From positions 1 through 64,000 of the IMG/VR virus record IMGVR_UViG_3300042882_001139: a DNA stretch of 64,000 nt; one strand, given 5' to 3'. This DNA comes from an uncultured virus (IMG/VR IMGVR_UViG_3300042882_001139) (lineage: Duplodnaviria; Heunggongvirae; Uroviricota; Caudoviricetes). Under the pieces are notes generated by a model. That model did not search any database. It worked only from the letters and a program-made list of their open reading frames with translations, and was not told the DNA's origin. Shown here piece by piece: positions 9,362 to 18,180 of this stretch. The translations under genes were made by a program, and so were the position numbers. The first letter of the stretch is position 1, and each line of letters opens with the position of its first letter.

Positions 9362-9823
9362 ATGGCGGCAAGAAGTAGGACGCCGTTTGACGGTATTATT
9401 ATTTCGCACCTCGGGAACATCGACGGGCGACAGCCAGACAATGAAAATAAACTTGCCTATATTCAAAAAGCCCTCAAAGCCGGCTGGCATGTCTGTGTCG
9501 ATGTCGTATTCCACTGCGGCACTTTTATCTTGCCCTACGACGGCGGCTTTAATCCCGCGCCACCTGCCCTGCTATCCAAGCAGCGCGTCTGGTGCCGCGC
9601 TCACGATCCGGCCACCCTGGACGCTTTATGTAACGTCAGCGCCCACTCGTTTTTAGATACGCAGGGCTTGGCGTTAACAAGTGCACAATTTGTATGGACG
9701 CTCCCGGGGCACGAGTTAACATCTCGGTCAATTGCTGTATTTCCAGAGACAGCCGGCGAAGACTGGCTAGCACTTTACGAGCCAGCCGGCCTGTGCAGCA
9801 ACGAGCCGATGCGATATATCTAA
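9362..9823 (+). CDS. GDPD/PLC-like phosphodiesterase-fold protein, degenerate active site
   Basis: IISHLGN...EN...IQKALKAGWHVCVDV resembles ISHRGN...EN...ALxxG..VEIDV. Confidence 0.6.
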   Translation: MAARSRTPFDGIIISHLGNIDGRQPDNENKLAYIQKALKAGWHVCVDVVFHCGTFILPYDGGFNPAPPALLSKQRVWCRAHDPATLDALCNVSAHSFLDTQGLALTSAQFVWTLPGHELTSRSIAVFPETAGEDWLALYEPAGLCSNEPMRYI

Positions 9824-9927
9824 CGTACTGACAGCCGGGCGGTAAAAGACTGCCAGCCACCGATCTTTGACAACCTATCTTTATTGCCAGCCCGATTATC
9901 GCGGCCAGGGTAATACTGTTAAAATTG

Positions 9928-10154
9928 AAGTGCGTCAAAAGTTAGTCGTGGTGGCCGGCTGGTTAGGGTCGTTTTTTACCGCAGGGATGCGGCAAAGTTC
10001 GGCAGGTTCCGCGGTCAGATATAGTCGTGAGCGCGGTTGGAGGTACGGCGAATGCCACACAAAGTAAATTTTACTTTTGTAAGTCGTCGTAAAACCCTGG
10101 TTTAAATCAGGGTCGGTCTCGCGGAAGGGGATCGCGAGGGCTTTTGACGCATTT
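9928..10154 (+). ncRNA. candidate structured non-coding RNA (~225 nt)
   Basis: 16-bp closing stem 9928-9943/10139-10154 with G-U pairs, several internal hairpins, extended -10 TGTTAAAAT at 9917-9925. Confidence 0.55.
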
Positions 10155-10188
10155 AACATAAAGCAAGCAATATCAAGCGGTTATCATC

Positions 10189-10545
10189 ATGTCTGACGAA
10201 AATTTGCACGCTATTGCCGTATTTATCAGTGCTTTCGGGGCCGCGGGCTTCGCAGGCTTGGCAACTCTTTTGCGGTTTGCCAAAAAACTGTCTAAACTTA
10301 ATGTCATCAGCTCGATGCTTAACGCCGGTTTTCTGGGGTTAGCCATCGCACTGATTTGGTATCAAAATTACTGCCGGACAGAAAATGTATACGGCCTAAT
10401 TGGGATTTGCGTGCTGGCCGGCATGGGCGGCTCGACGCTAACCGATTTGGCGATTTCGTTGTTATCTGGTGCCGGTATTAAAGTCATCATCCACCATGAA
10501 CGTGATCATGAGGAGTTGCATCAACATGACAATGAACGTCCGTAA
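10189..10545 (+). CDS. putative holin (3 TM)
   Basis: Three TM helices with AGFLG and LAGMGG, charged C-tail. Confidence 0.6.
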   Translation: MSDENLHAIAVFISAFGAAGFAGLATLLRFAKKLSKLNVISSMLNAGFLGLAIALIWYQNYCRTENVYGLIGICVLAGMGGSTLTDLAISLLSGAGIKVIIHHERDHEELHQHDNERP

Positions 10546-10690
10546 ACAATTGAGTGTCGCCGCGTGGGGCGCCAGTGCGTTCTGTGCGGTGTTGCTGCTG
10601 CTGTCCGCACAGGCCATGGTCAACCATTGCGTGTCCGCTGTCCACGCGTCTTCGGCCACGAGTGCTGAAGCGATCGGCGGCTCGCGTTGA
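10526..10690 (+). CDS. small membrane-anchored protein
   Basis: GAGGAG RBS, single hydrophobic helix. Confidence 0.35.
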   Translation: MTMNVRKQLSVAAWGASAFCAVLLLLSAQAMVNHCVSAVHASSATSAEAIGGSR

Positions 10691-10695
10691 ATTAT

Positions 10696-10767
10696 TGCTC
10701 GGTGGCGCAACGGTAGCGCGGCGCACTGTTAATGCGATGGTTCTAGGTTCGAATCCTAGCCGAGCAG
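10696..10767 (+). tRNA. trnN: tRNA-Asn (GTT)
   Basis: Acceptor TGCTCGG/CCGAGCA, anticodon loop CTGTTAA, T arm CTAGGTTCGAATCCTAG, discriminator G; CCA not encoded. Confidence 0.93.
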
Positions 10768-10783
10768 CGTACAAGGAAAACCC

Positions 10784-12631
10784 ATGAACAGCTTATTCAG
10801 TCTTGATCCGCTGTTGTGGGAAACATCGTTGGAAGATCAAACCGTGTACCAGCTTGGCAACGCCATTGGCTGGCTTGGCCGCACGGGAACAAAGACGGCT
10901 GCAAATCATTCATTATCTGGCCGCTTGTATCTGGCAAAAAGCGGATGGCTTCTGCTATCTGTGCCAAACGCGTTAGTCCGTGGATTATTTGACGCCTTGG
11001 TGGCGCCCGGGGCAGAACTGCCGTTGGCCGGCGCGATGAATGTGCCCAACGTTGACGCAGATCTTTTGAACGCCCATATTTCTGTGATGACTGCCGACGA
11101 AGTGCAGTCGGTGGGTGCCGATAAGATCAATGAGCGTGGCCACAACTTTGGCTACACACTTGGGCCGTTAAAAGAAATAACCGTCCGAGGCATTAGCGGC
11201 GTAAGCAAAGTTTGGGCCGTGCAAGTCTCGAGCCCCGGCTTAACCGCAATTCGCAAGAGTTACGGATTGTCGCCGCTGCCGAAGGGCCATCCGTTTCACA
11301 TCACGGTCGCAGTACGAAAAAAGAACGTGCTCGGCGACAATGAGGTACGCAAAGCCGCTGCCGCGGACCCGAGCCAGGTTGTGCTCGTAAGCGGGCATTC
11401 TGGGGCCGGCAAATCTACGCTGTCAAAAGCCCTAGCCGAAAAATTAAAACTGCCGCGCGTATCGGTCGATCAAGATCCCAATTTTCAAAAGTTTCTTGAC
11501 GACAATACGCCGGATAATCATTTGCCAGCCGGCTCGCCCAAAGAACAAGACTTTCGGGCACTGATGCGGCAAACGGCTATGCAAACGTTGGAGAAAAACG
11601 ACGGGCCCGCCGTGGTCGAGGGTGTGCAGCTGTCGTATCTTCCGCCTGAGATTTTAAGCAAATACAAAAGGGTGCATGTAAACCCGCCTGTCGAGCAGGC
11701 GTACGAACAACGCCTTAGCCGCACAAAACAGCGGTACGAAAAAGACCCCGCAAAAAAATGGACGCCGGACGTCGAGCAAGAAAAAAAGCGTATTGCCGAT
11801 CTTGTCTATAAGTTTCACACGCCCACGATTGCGGCGTATGACAAACTTCCGGGCACGCTGAAATACAAACCAGGGCAAGACCTTTCGGCCCTACTGCAAA
11901 AACTGCAAAGCCAGCAGAAACAGGCGGATCTGTTATCTGGTGGCGAAGCCGACGGCAAGGCCGATAATAAGTTTTTGAAAAAAGAATTAACTAGGGGAAC
12001 ACGGCATGAGCACGAGCACACCGACAACGATCAAATCGCCAAAGAAATTGCCAAGGATCACTTGTCCGAAGACGCGGCCTACTACGACAAGCAAGAAAAA
12101 ATAGAGAAAGCCGCGCAGCCCGAAATCCTCAAAGACCTTTTAGCGGCAAAAGAACATTCGGATAACAAGCGCTACGACCACAAGGCCGCGATCATTCGGC
12201 GCTTGATGGCACAATCGCCTGATGACTGGGTAATCGACGACGCTAAGCCGAAATACAAAGGCATTACCCACCGGCCCACGAATTTCAGGCTCCACATAGA
12301 TCCGACCGTTATTCCGGCTGGCGTAAAAGCCGCGGCGAACAGCGTGTATTTAAATGAACTGCGGAACTCGGTATTTGGCCGCGGTCCTTTCGCGTATGAC
12401 ATGCAGAAGCCTGTGTTTGAGAACATCCGTAATCACATGGCTGAAATTAAAAGACGGGGCGACTGGATGCTGCAAGCCCAGCGGAATAATCAGTCGTATC
12501 AGGCGTTTATTAACCCGGCTTATCGCCATCAATTAGCCCTGCAGGCTTTTCACGGCAATATGCCGCAGCCATCAATCGTAGATCAAACAATCGAGCGGTT
12601 TGGCGGCAACTTTTTAGGAACACCGCGATGA
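10784..12631 (+). CDS. multi-domain cargo polyprotein: 2H phosphoesterase + P-loop nucleotide kinase + DUF5661-like + two unknown modules
   Basis: AHISV and FHITV 2H motifs; GHSGAGKST; EHEHTDN..IAKEIAKDHL.ED..YY; modules separated by KTA/KAA/KQA; no Cys. Confidence 0.75.
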   Translation: MNSLFSLDPLLWETSLEDQTVYQLGNAIGWLGRTGTKTAANHSLSGRLYLAKSGWLLLSVPNALVRGLFDALVAPGAELPLAGAMNVPNVDADLLNAHISVMTADEVQSVGADKINERGHNFGYTLGPLKEITVRGISGVSKVWAVQVSSPGLTAIRKSYGLSPLPKGHPFHITVAVRKKNVLGDNEVRKAAAADPSQVVLVSGHSGAGKSTLSKALAEKLKLPRVSVDQDPNFQKFLDDNTPDNHLPAGSPKEQDFRALMRQTAMQTLEKNDGPAVVEGVQLSYLPPEILSKYKRVHVNPPVEQAYEQRLSRTKQRYEKDPAKKWTPDVEQEKKRIADLVYKFHTPTIAAYDKLPGTLKYKPGQDLSALLQKLQSQQKQADLLSGGEADGKADNKFLKKELTRGTRHEHEHTDNDQIAKEIAKDHLSEDAAYYDKQEKIEKAAQPEILKDLLAAKEHSDNKRYDHKAAIIRRLMAQSPDDWVIDDAKPKYKGITHRPTNFRLHIDPTVIPAGVKAAANSVYLNELRNSVFGRGPFAYDMQKPVFENIRNHMAEIKRRGDWMLQAQRNNQSYQAFINPAYRHQLALQAFHGNMPQPSIVDQTIERFGGNFLGTPR

Positions 12632-12873
12632 GCAAAATAAACTGGCCCTGGCAGCCAAAGCCGAAACCTTCGCCGACACCAGACGTAACGCCGGACAAGC
12701 CGTCGCCGCAATGGATGCGTGCATTGCTGCTGTTTCGTAAAATACCTATTCAGAAATTGTTCCCGGCATTGACTCTGACGTCGTTTATTGTTTTTTTAGC
12801 TCTCAGCGGTCTGATTGCCTGGATTGTCGTAATTCTGGCTTTTGCCGTGCAGTTATTTCGAGTGTTAACGTGA
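12628..12873 (+). CDS. small membrane protein
   Basis: Pro-rich N-terminus and long C-terminal hydrophobic segment; overlaps neighbours by 4 nt. Confidence 0.55.
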   Translation: MSKINWPWQPKPKPSPTPDVTPDKPSPQWMRALLLFRKIPIQKLFPALTLTSFIVFLALSGLIAWIVVILAFAVQLFRVLT

Positions 12874-13865
12874 TGCAGCCGTCGCACGATATTTCCGCGT
12901 GGGAACAGGTACCCAACAGGGTGGCTGCGTTGCTGCCTGTTGTGGCACACATTAAAGCCGCCCACGTTGACGCCGTAAAAGACACCGGCTTACTGAGCAC
13001 CAGTTTTGTCACGTGGCGTCCGGCGACCAATACACTGACTGTGTACGCGAGTCACGACCCGAGCAGCGAAACCCAACAAAAGTACGCAGCGGCTATGCCG
13101 CAATGGTCGTGTGTATTTCAGCGTTTAGCGCCCCTGAACATTGCCGAAGAGATTGTTGTAAAAAAAGCAGGCATTACCGGTATCGCGCCAACATTTGATG
13201 CCGCACAAAACGCGCTTGGCGGGCCAACCCCTCTGACCAACGCTATTGTTACGGGCTTGGCTGCTGGCGGTCTTGGGTATGGTGCCGGCACACTGATTGA
13301 AAACTTATTCCCGGAGCGCTACTTAGAGCGCGGTAAGCTGCGAAATACGCTGGCGCTTATCGGCGGCTTGGGCGGCGTTGGCCTTGGGGCGAACAATGCG
13401 GCAGCGAATGCGCGAGCCAAAAATACAAGTTTTTTGCGTGGCTGGACAATTAAAAACTCGCAGTTTGGCGTTTACGCGCCAGAATTGAATCCGGCTATTC
13501 CCGGTGACTCGGGCATCATGGCGCCGTCGGTTAATATCCAACAATTTAACAACGCAGTTTGGAACGACGCCCGTAAAGGTTTTTATAACGGGTTTGAAAA
13601 TCACACACCGCCGGCTTATGCCGCTGCGGCAAGCGGCATGATGACTGGTTTAGGCACTGGTCTACAGTCGCCGATTATCAGGCCGTCTGATGTTATTAAC
13701 GGTATCGCGTCCGCCGGCGTTGGCCTAGCCACCGCGACGATGGCCGGCAAAGCGTTGTCTGCAATGGCCGGCTTAACGCCGCTAGCCCAAGAGAAACTCC
13801 AGGACATGGGGTTATGGGGCGGAATGATGCACGCTATTGTGCCATCTATGTTAGGCATGCGCTGA
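12870..13865 (+). CDS. putative internal virion protein with glycine-zipper segments
   Basis: IKAAH and KKAG motifs; GLAAGGLGYGAG and GGLGGVGLG segments. Confidence 0.65.
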   Translation: MMQPSHDISAWEQVPNRVAALLPVVAHIKAAHVDAVKDTGLLSTSFVTWRPATNTLTVYASHDPSSETQQKYAAAMPQWSCVFQRLAPLNIAEEIVVKKAGITGIAPTFDAAQNALGGPTPLTNAIVTGLAAGGLGYGAGTLIENLFPERYLERGKLRNTLALIGGLGGVGLGANNAAANARAKNTSFLRGWTIKNSQFGVYAPELNPAIPGDSGIMAPSVNIQQFNNAVWNDARKGFYNGFENHTPPAYAAAASGMMTGLGTGLQSPIIRPSDVINGIASAGVGLATATMAGKALSAMAGLTPLAQEKLQDMGLWGGMMHAIVPSMLGMR

Positions 13866-13930
13866 CGTGCTTGCGAATTTGTAACTGTTAAGGCACAATA
13901 TAGTGTTGTGCTTTTACTCTAGGAGGCTCT

Positions 13931-14305
13931 ATGTCGACACGTAAAGTAAGCGTTGATACTGTCCGCGAAGAAATGCGGATGTTAAATGAGGCGGCCAACA
14001 ACACCGCCGAAACGGGCGTTGGAAACTGGATGTCGTCTGATTTTTGGACAATGGCTGGTTCGGCTGTGGCTAATCTTGTGGCTGTGGCTGTGCTTATTGG
14101 CTGGGTCAGCAACACAACAGCTGCTGAGCTGACGCAGGCGTTGACCGCCGTCGTGGGTGCGACGCAGGTCATTGTTGTGAACGCGGCATTGGTGTGGAAG
14201 TATCTGTCGAACCGCAATCAACTGCGGGCGACTATCCTGAGCCATCGCTACCACTATTTGGAAGCGACCACCATTGAAAAAATGCGGATGACCGCACAGC
14301 AATAA
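13931..14305 (+). CDS. holin-like membrane protein (2 TM)
   Basis: WMSSDFW followed by TM helices; AGGAGG RBS. Confidence 0.5.
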   Translation: MSTRKVSVDTVREEMRMLNEAANNTAETGVGNWMSSDFWTMAGSAVANLVAVAVLIGWVSNTTAAELTQALTAVVGATQVIVVNAALVWKYLSNRNQLRATILSHRYHYLEATTIEKMRMTAQQ

Positions 14306-14306
14306 C

Positions 14307-14711
14307 ATGACAAACGGAGATCTCCAAAAGCGGGTCGATGCTTCGCCGCGTTTGTCGGCACTGCGGGATCGACTTACAAACGAGTTGGTGTTTCGGGCTG
14401 ACAACTCAGTTCAGTTCGACCCGCTTTTGGTACTCGCGATTATTTCGTTGATGCTGCAGATTATCTATTACTGCCGAGAGTTGCGAAAACCCGACGAGAT
14501 TAAACAAGACATCAAAGACATTCGATCGTTGCCCGCCCGCAAACTAATTCGTTTGCGGCGCCGGGCAAACCTTTTGTGGCGCGACTGTTGTGCGGACAAA
14601 CAGGACAGCCGGCACGACGCTAACCCTATTTTGACGGCACTTTACGAACTGGGCGAGTCGGCTGATGACGCCACGCTGGACGAATTAATCGAACTAGCGA
14701 AAGAACAATAA
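14307..14711 (+). CDS. hypothetical protein with one hydrophobic helix
   Basis: FDPLLVLAIISLMLQIIYYC; tightly packed in operon. Confidence 0.6.
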   Translation: MTNGDLQKRVDASPRLSALRDRLTNELVFRADNSVQFDPLLVLAIISLMLQIIYYCRELRKPDEIKQDIKDIRSLPARKLIRLRRRANLLWRDCCADKQDSRHDANPILTALYELGESADDATLDELIELAKEQ

Positions 14712-14723
14712 AGGTGACACAGT

Positions 14724-15545
14724 ATGGCAAGGACGCCAAAAAAACAAAAAAACGAAATTCTCTCCGCTAATGAAACACTGAAAAAACTCTTTGACCTTGG
14801 TTACTTTGGTGAAACACCGTGGGCGAAGGTTAAGACAATTCGCGGGGCCGATTTATCGCGGGCTGTAAAAGCCTATCAGGAGTTTAACGGCCTGGAGCCG
14901 ACCGGCGCCGTTGAGCCACGCACTGCTAGTCGCATTCACAGGCCGCGATGCGGGCTACCAGATTTTAATCTGACGGCGCCTGGCGGTGCTCCGTGCAAGT
15001 GGCTGCATAAAAAGATTACGTACTATCACGACATTACGCTTCCAGGCGTAACAGACGAGCAGGTTAAAGAAGCGTACGACATTGCTTTTTCGCAGTGGGC
15101 CGAAGTTTGCGATATTGAGCCGACCCGCGTTGACGGCTCAGATAAAGCAAACATTTATGCTCGATCAGGCGTTGGCCGTGCTAGCGGATTAGATAACAAG
15201 GGCGGCACGCTGGCCTGGAGCGAATTACCGTGCGGCGTAACTGAAAACGTGCAATTAGATCAGATGTTCGACGAGGCCGAGCCGTGGTCATTTAATATGG
15301 CCGTAGCGGTGATCTGCCACGAACTTGGGCACGCGCTTGGTTTGCCACATTTAAATTCTGGCAATTTAATGGCGCCTTATTACGATCCAAATGTAACTGG
15401 CCCACAAAAGGGCGACATTAAAGAAATTGTCAAACTATACGGTAAGCGTAAAGAAAAATACGCAATTACAAAAGACGCTGCGCCGCATATTCACGGTACA
15501 TTAGTCATTAATGGGCGGCCGTACGTGCTCGTGCCGCAAACTTGA
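14724..15545 (+). CDS. matrixin (M10) zinc metallopeptidase with PG-binding-like prodomain and cysteine switch
   Basis: AVKAYQEFNGLEPTG, PRCGLPD, HELGHALGLPH, Met-turn LMAPYY. Confidence 0.92.
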   Translation: MARTPKKQKNEILSANETLKKLFDLGYFGETPWAKVKTIRGADLSRAVKAYQEFNGLEPTGAVEPRTASRIHRPRCGLPDFNLTAPGGAPCKWLHKKITYYHDITLPGVTDEQVKEAYDIAFSQWAEVCDIEPTRVDGSDKANIYARSGVGRASGLDNKGGTLAWSELPCGVTENVQLDQMFDEAEPWSFNMAVAVICHELGHALGLPHLNSGNLMAPYYDPNVTGPQKGDIKEIVKLYGKRKEKYAITKDAAPHIHGTLVINGRPYVLVPQT

Positions 15546-15571
15546 TAGAATAACTGTTTTGGAGGTAACCT

Positions 15572-15850
15572 ATGACTGCGTTTCAAATAGTAGCGAGTGT
15601 AGTGTTTGTTGCTGTAATGCTGGCGGCATACCGACAGCAGATTGCGTCGTTGCTGACTAAAACTGTCGGTGCAGAGAGGGCACCGGAAGTACAGCAATCG
15701 ATCGCCGTTATGCTCGTTAACGATATCGTTGCGGTTACAAACCTGCGCGATAAACTTTCTGCCGAAGACTGCCCCGAAGGCGTTGAGGCGTGCACGAATC
15801 TTCTTCGCGTTATTGTTGAGCACAAGCAACCGTCGAAAGGTGTTGTATGA
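15572..15850 (+). CDS. membrane-anchored hypothetical protein
   Basis: GGAGG RBS; N-terminal TM helix. Confidence 0.65.
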   Translation: MTAFQIVASVVFVAVMLAAYRQQIASLLTKTVGAERAPEVQQSIAVMLVNDIVAVTNLRDKLSAEDCPEGVEACTNLLRVIVEHKQPSKGVV

Positions 15851-16284
15851 AAAGGTTAGTTTGGTTGGCCGGTCTAGTACTGTTGGCCTCGTTTGCTGAG
15901 CCGTATATTCGCGGCACATATCAGCAGGCGCCGGTTGTTGTCGAAGACAGCAGCACTGACAAGACTGATCCGACAATCCAAAAATTGCTTGCCGACGCTG
16001 CAGCTGCTGACAAGGCGGACGTTCGCGGCATATACAAAGCATTACGGGCTGTCGTTAATCGCGATGCCGGCAAGCGCGTCGTAACGACCGAGCAGTGGAG
16101 CGATCTGCAGGAGAACACGCTGCAACTCGCAATCACACAGGTGAATAAGTATCCAGGATTAGATGAGGCAATTGAGCAAGTATTTTTGACCACGCTCGGA
16201 ACAGACGACGTGCTGCCGGGCAACGAACAGACGCGCTCAAAGATTGTTGAAGCGTGCGACGTCATTATTAACTCGGCCAAATAA
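15847..16284 (+). CDS. exported hypothetical protein
   Basis: MKRLVWLAGLVLLASFA signal peptide. Confidence 0.65.
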   Translation: MKRLVWLAGLVLLASFAEPYIRGTYQQAPVVVEDSSTDKTDPTIQKLLADAAAADKADVRGIYKALRAVVNRDAGKRVVTTEQWSDLQENTLQLAITQVNKYPGLDEAIEQVFLTTLGTDDVLPGNEQTRSKIVEACDVIINSAK

Positions 16285-16409
16285 TGCCTTCGTTGTTTAC
16301 ACTTTTTGTTGTAGTATGTTTAGTTGCGTGGCTTGTCCTTATACTGCGAGGACAAGAACCGCCCGTGGCCCCGCAGTATTTACGTTGTATCCAAGTAAGG
16401 AGAGAATAC

Positions 16410-16796
16410 ATGGCAGATCTTTTAACATATGCGGTTGTCGTAGCACCGCCGACCGATTCTGACGTAGTAACACGCGTTTTCTCTGTTGACGTTAACGGTG
16501 AAAACAAGGGTGCGACTTCTTTTGCTGGCAACTCGGTTGATCTCGGCACAGTAACTGTTCCGCAGAACGCTGAGGTTGTCTTAACGCTCGTCGACGTTGA
16601 CGATGCGGGTAACTCGTCGGTACCGGCATTTCACCGCTTCGTAGCGGTAGACACGCTGCCGCCGGGCCAGCCTGGTGGTTTTGTGATCACGCTGGTTGGC
16701 GAAAAAGCAGCACCGGAAGTAACGCCGGAACCGGAAGTAACGCCGGAACCGGAAGTAACGCCGGAACCGGAAGTCACCCCTGACGCTGACGCTTGA
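16410..16796 (+). CDS. beta-sandwich (Ig/FN3-like) protein with PEVTPE repeats
   Basis: AAGGAG RBS before ATG 16410; LVDVDDAGNSS; acidic repeat tail. Confidence 0.6.
   Translation: MADLLTYAVVVAPPTDSDVVTRVFSVDVNGENKGATSFAGNSVDLGTVTVPQNAEVVLTLVDVDDAGNSSVPAFHRFVAVDTLPPGQPGGFVITLVGEKAAPEVTPEPEVTPEPEVTPEPEVTPDADA
16713..16784 (+). repeat. 18-bp coding tandem repeat (PEVTPE) x4
   Basis: ccggaagtaacgccggaa x3 plus one degenerate copy. Confidence 0.9.
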
Positions 16797-16811
16797 TTTT
16801 GGAGAGACGCC

Positions 16812-17837
16812 ATGGCTTTCGAAGAGAAGTTGTTTGCAAACGTCTATGACGTTGTGGCAGCATATGAAGCGGGCTTTTTGGGTGCATTATGCGATCCCGA
16901 AAAAACAGCCCAGCTTCAGGCAGAAATTGCTGCTGCGGGCGGCCTTCCCGACGGAGCCATGGCGTGCTCTACCTTTGGCCTGGAAGACTCAGGTAAAGAC
17001 AAACTCAGCCTGACGTTTCTTGAAATTCTTAAACTGTACCCGGACTGTTTGCCGGGCGGAGCACAGGGGCGCGGCGACTGCGTAAGTTGGTCGACGCGTA
17101 ACGCGTGCTTAACCACGATGTGCACAGACATCACAAGTGGGCAGCCTGACGAAGTTTCAGGCCGGCTTGAGGGTGCACCCGAGGTTAGTGACGAGGCACG
17201 CTTAAACGGCGTGTTGAGCACGGAAGCATTTTATAATTGGCGCCGGCACTCCGGCGACGGTTGGTTCTGCTCTGACGCTGTTAAAGTCGCGATGAACGAC
17301 AGCGGCATGTGGCTGCGAAAAAAGTATGACGAAATTGGTGTAGATCTGACCCGTTACAGTTCGCGTAACGCGGGGCTGTATGGCAATAAAACGCCGCCGG
17401 AAGCGTGGCGGCAAATCGGCAAAGATCATCTTATCCGCACAGCGACAGTGCTTCATACATATGAAGAACTCCGCGACATGCTGGCGAACGGTTATGGGAT
17501 TAGCTCGTGCGGTAGTGAGGGCTTTGAATCAAATCGTGACGCTAATGGCGTCAGCCGCCGCACAAAACAATGGGCGCACGCGATGGCGTATATCGCTGTA
17601 GACGACCGGCCGGAAATTATTAAACTCTACAAAGAACCGCTGGTGCTGGTCCAAAATTCTTGGGGTGATTGGAACGATGGTCCGAGAATTATTTACGGTA
17701 CAAACATCAGTATTCCCGTCGGCTCATTTTGGTCGCGATGGTCGGACATCAAGAATCGCGACATGATTGCGGTGTCTGGTGCGGCCGGTTGGCCGCCTAA
17801 GAAACTCAAGAGCTACGGCGCTCGCGGCAACATTTAA
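16812..17837 (+). CDS. papain-like (C1) cysteine peptidase
   Basis: QGRGDCVSW (Gln/Cys), WAHAM (His), VQNSWG (Asn). Confidence 0.88.
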   Translation: MAFEEKLFANVYDVVAAYEAGFLGALCDPEKTAQLQAEIAAAGGLPDGAMACSTFGLEDSGKDKLSLTFLEILKLYPDCLPGGAQGRGDCVSWSTRNACLTTMCTDITSGQPDEVSGRLEGAPEVSDEARLNGVLSTEAFYNWRRHSGDGWFCSDAVKVAMNDSGMWLRKKYDEIGVDLTRYSSRNAGLYGNKTPPEAWRQIGKDHLIRTATVLHTYEELRDMLANGYGISSCGSEGFESNRDANGVSRRTKQWAHAMAYIAVDDRPEIIKLYKEPLVLVQNSWGDWNDGPRIIYGTNISIPVGSFWSRWSDIKNRDMIAVSGAAGWPPKKLKSYGARGNI

Positions 17838-17847
17838 CGAGGTTTTT

Positions 17848-18171
17848 ATGTTTAACTGGCTTTTTTGGTTATTAAGCCTTTTTACTGCGGCGGCGCCGGC
17901 CGACCCAAACTTTGTTCCCGCAGTGGCAGCCGAGGCCGCTTATGCGTCTTTGATTCACGTCGCGCCGGATACGGCACCAAAGCCGGACACAAAAGACTGT
18001 AAGACATGTAACGGCACAGGCCGGGTCCGATCTGGCGATGGCCAGGGTTGGACAAAATGCCCCGACTGCGAAAACCGCACGGGCATGCGGGCTATTGACG
18101 CCCCGGCGGAAAAACTAACGGCACCCGGAAAAGGCTGGCCCGCTAGAAGTGTTTCGGCTGACGCCCAGTAA
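17848..18171 (+). CDS. exported protein with DnaJ-like zinc finger
   Basis: Signal peptide; CKTCNGTG..SGDG...CPDC. Confidence 0.65.
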   Translation: MFNWLFWLLSLFTAAAPADPNFVPAVAAEAAYASLIHVAPDTAPKPDTKDCKTCNGTGRVRSGDGQGWTKCPDCENRTGMRAIDAPAEKLTAPGKGWPARSVSADAQ

Positions 18172-18180
18172 GGAAATTAC

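Noticed and set aside
9867..10067. 66-aa ORF in the 9.9-kb gap
   Set aside because: TTG start without RBS; region better explained as structured RNA
16713..16784. Short direct repeats (also 1993, 36672) as possible CRISPR array
   Set aside because: In-frame tandem coding repeats without spacers; no cas genes
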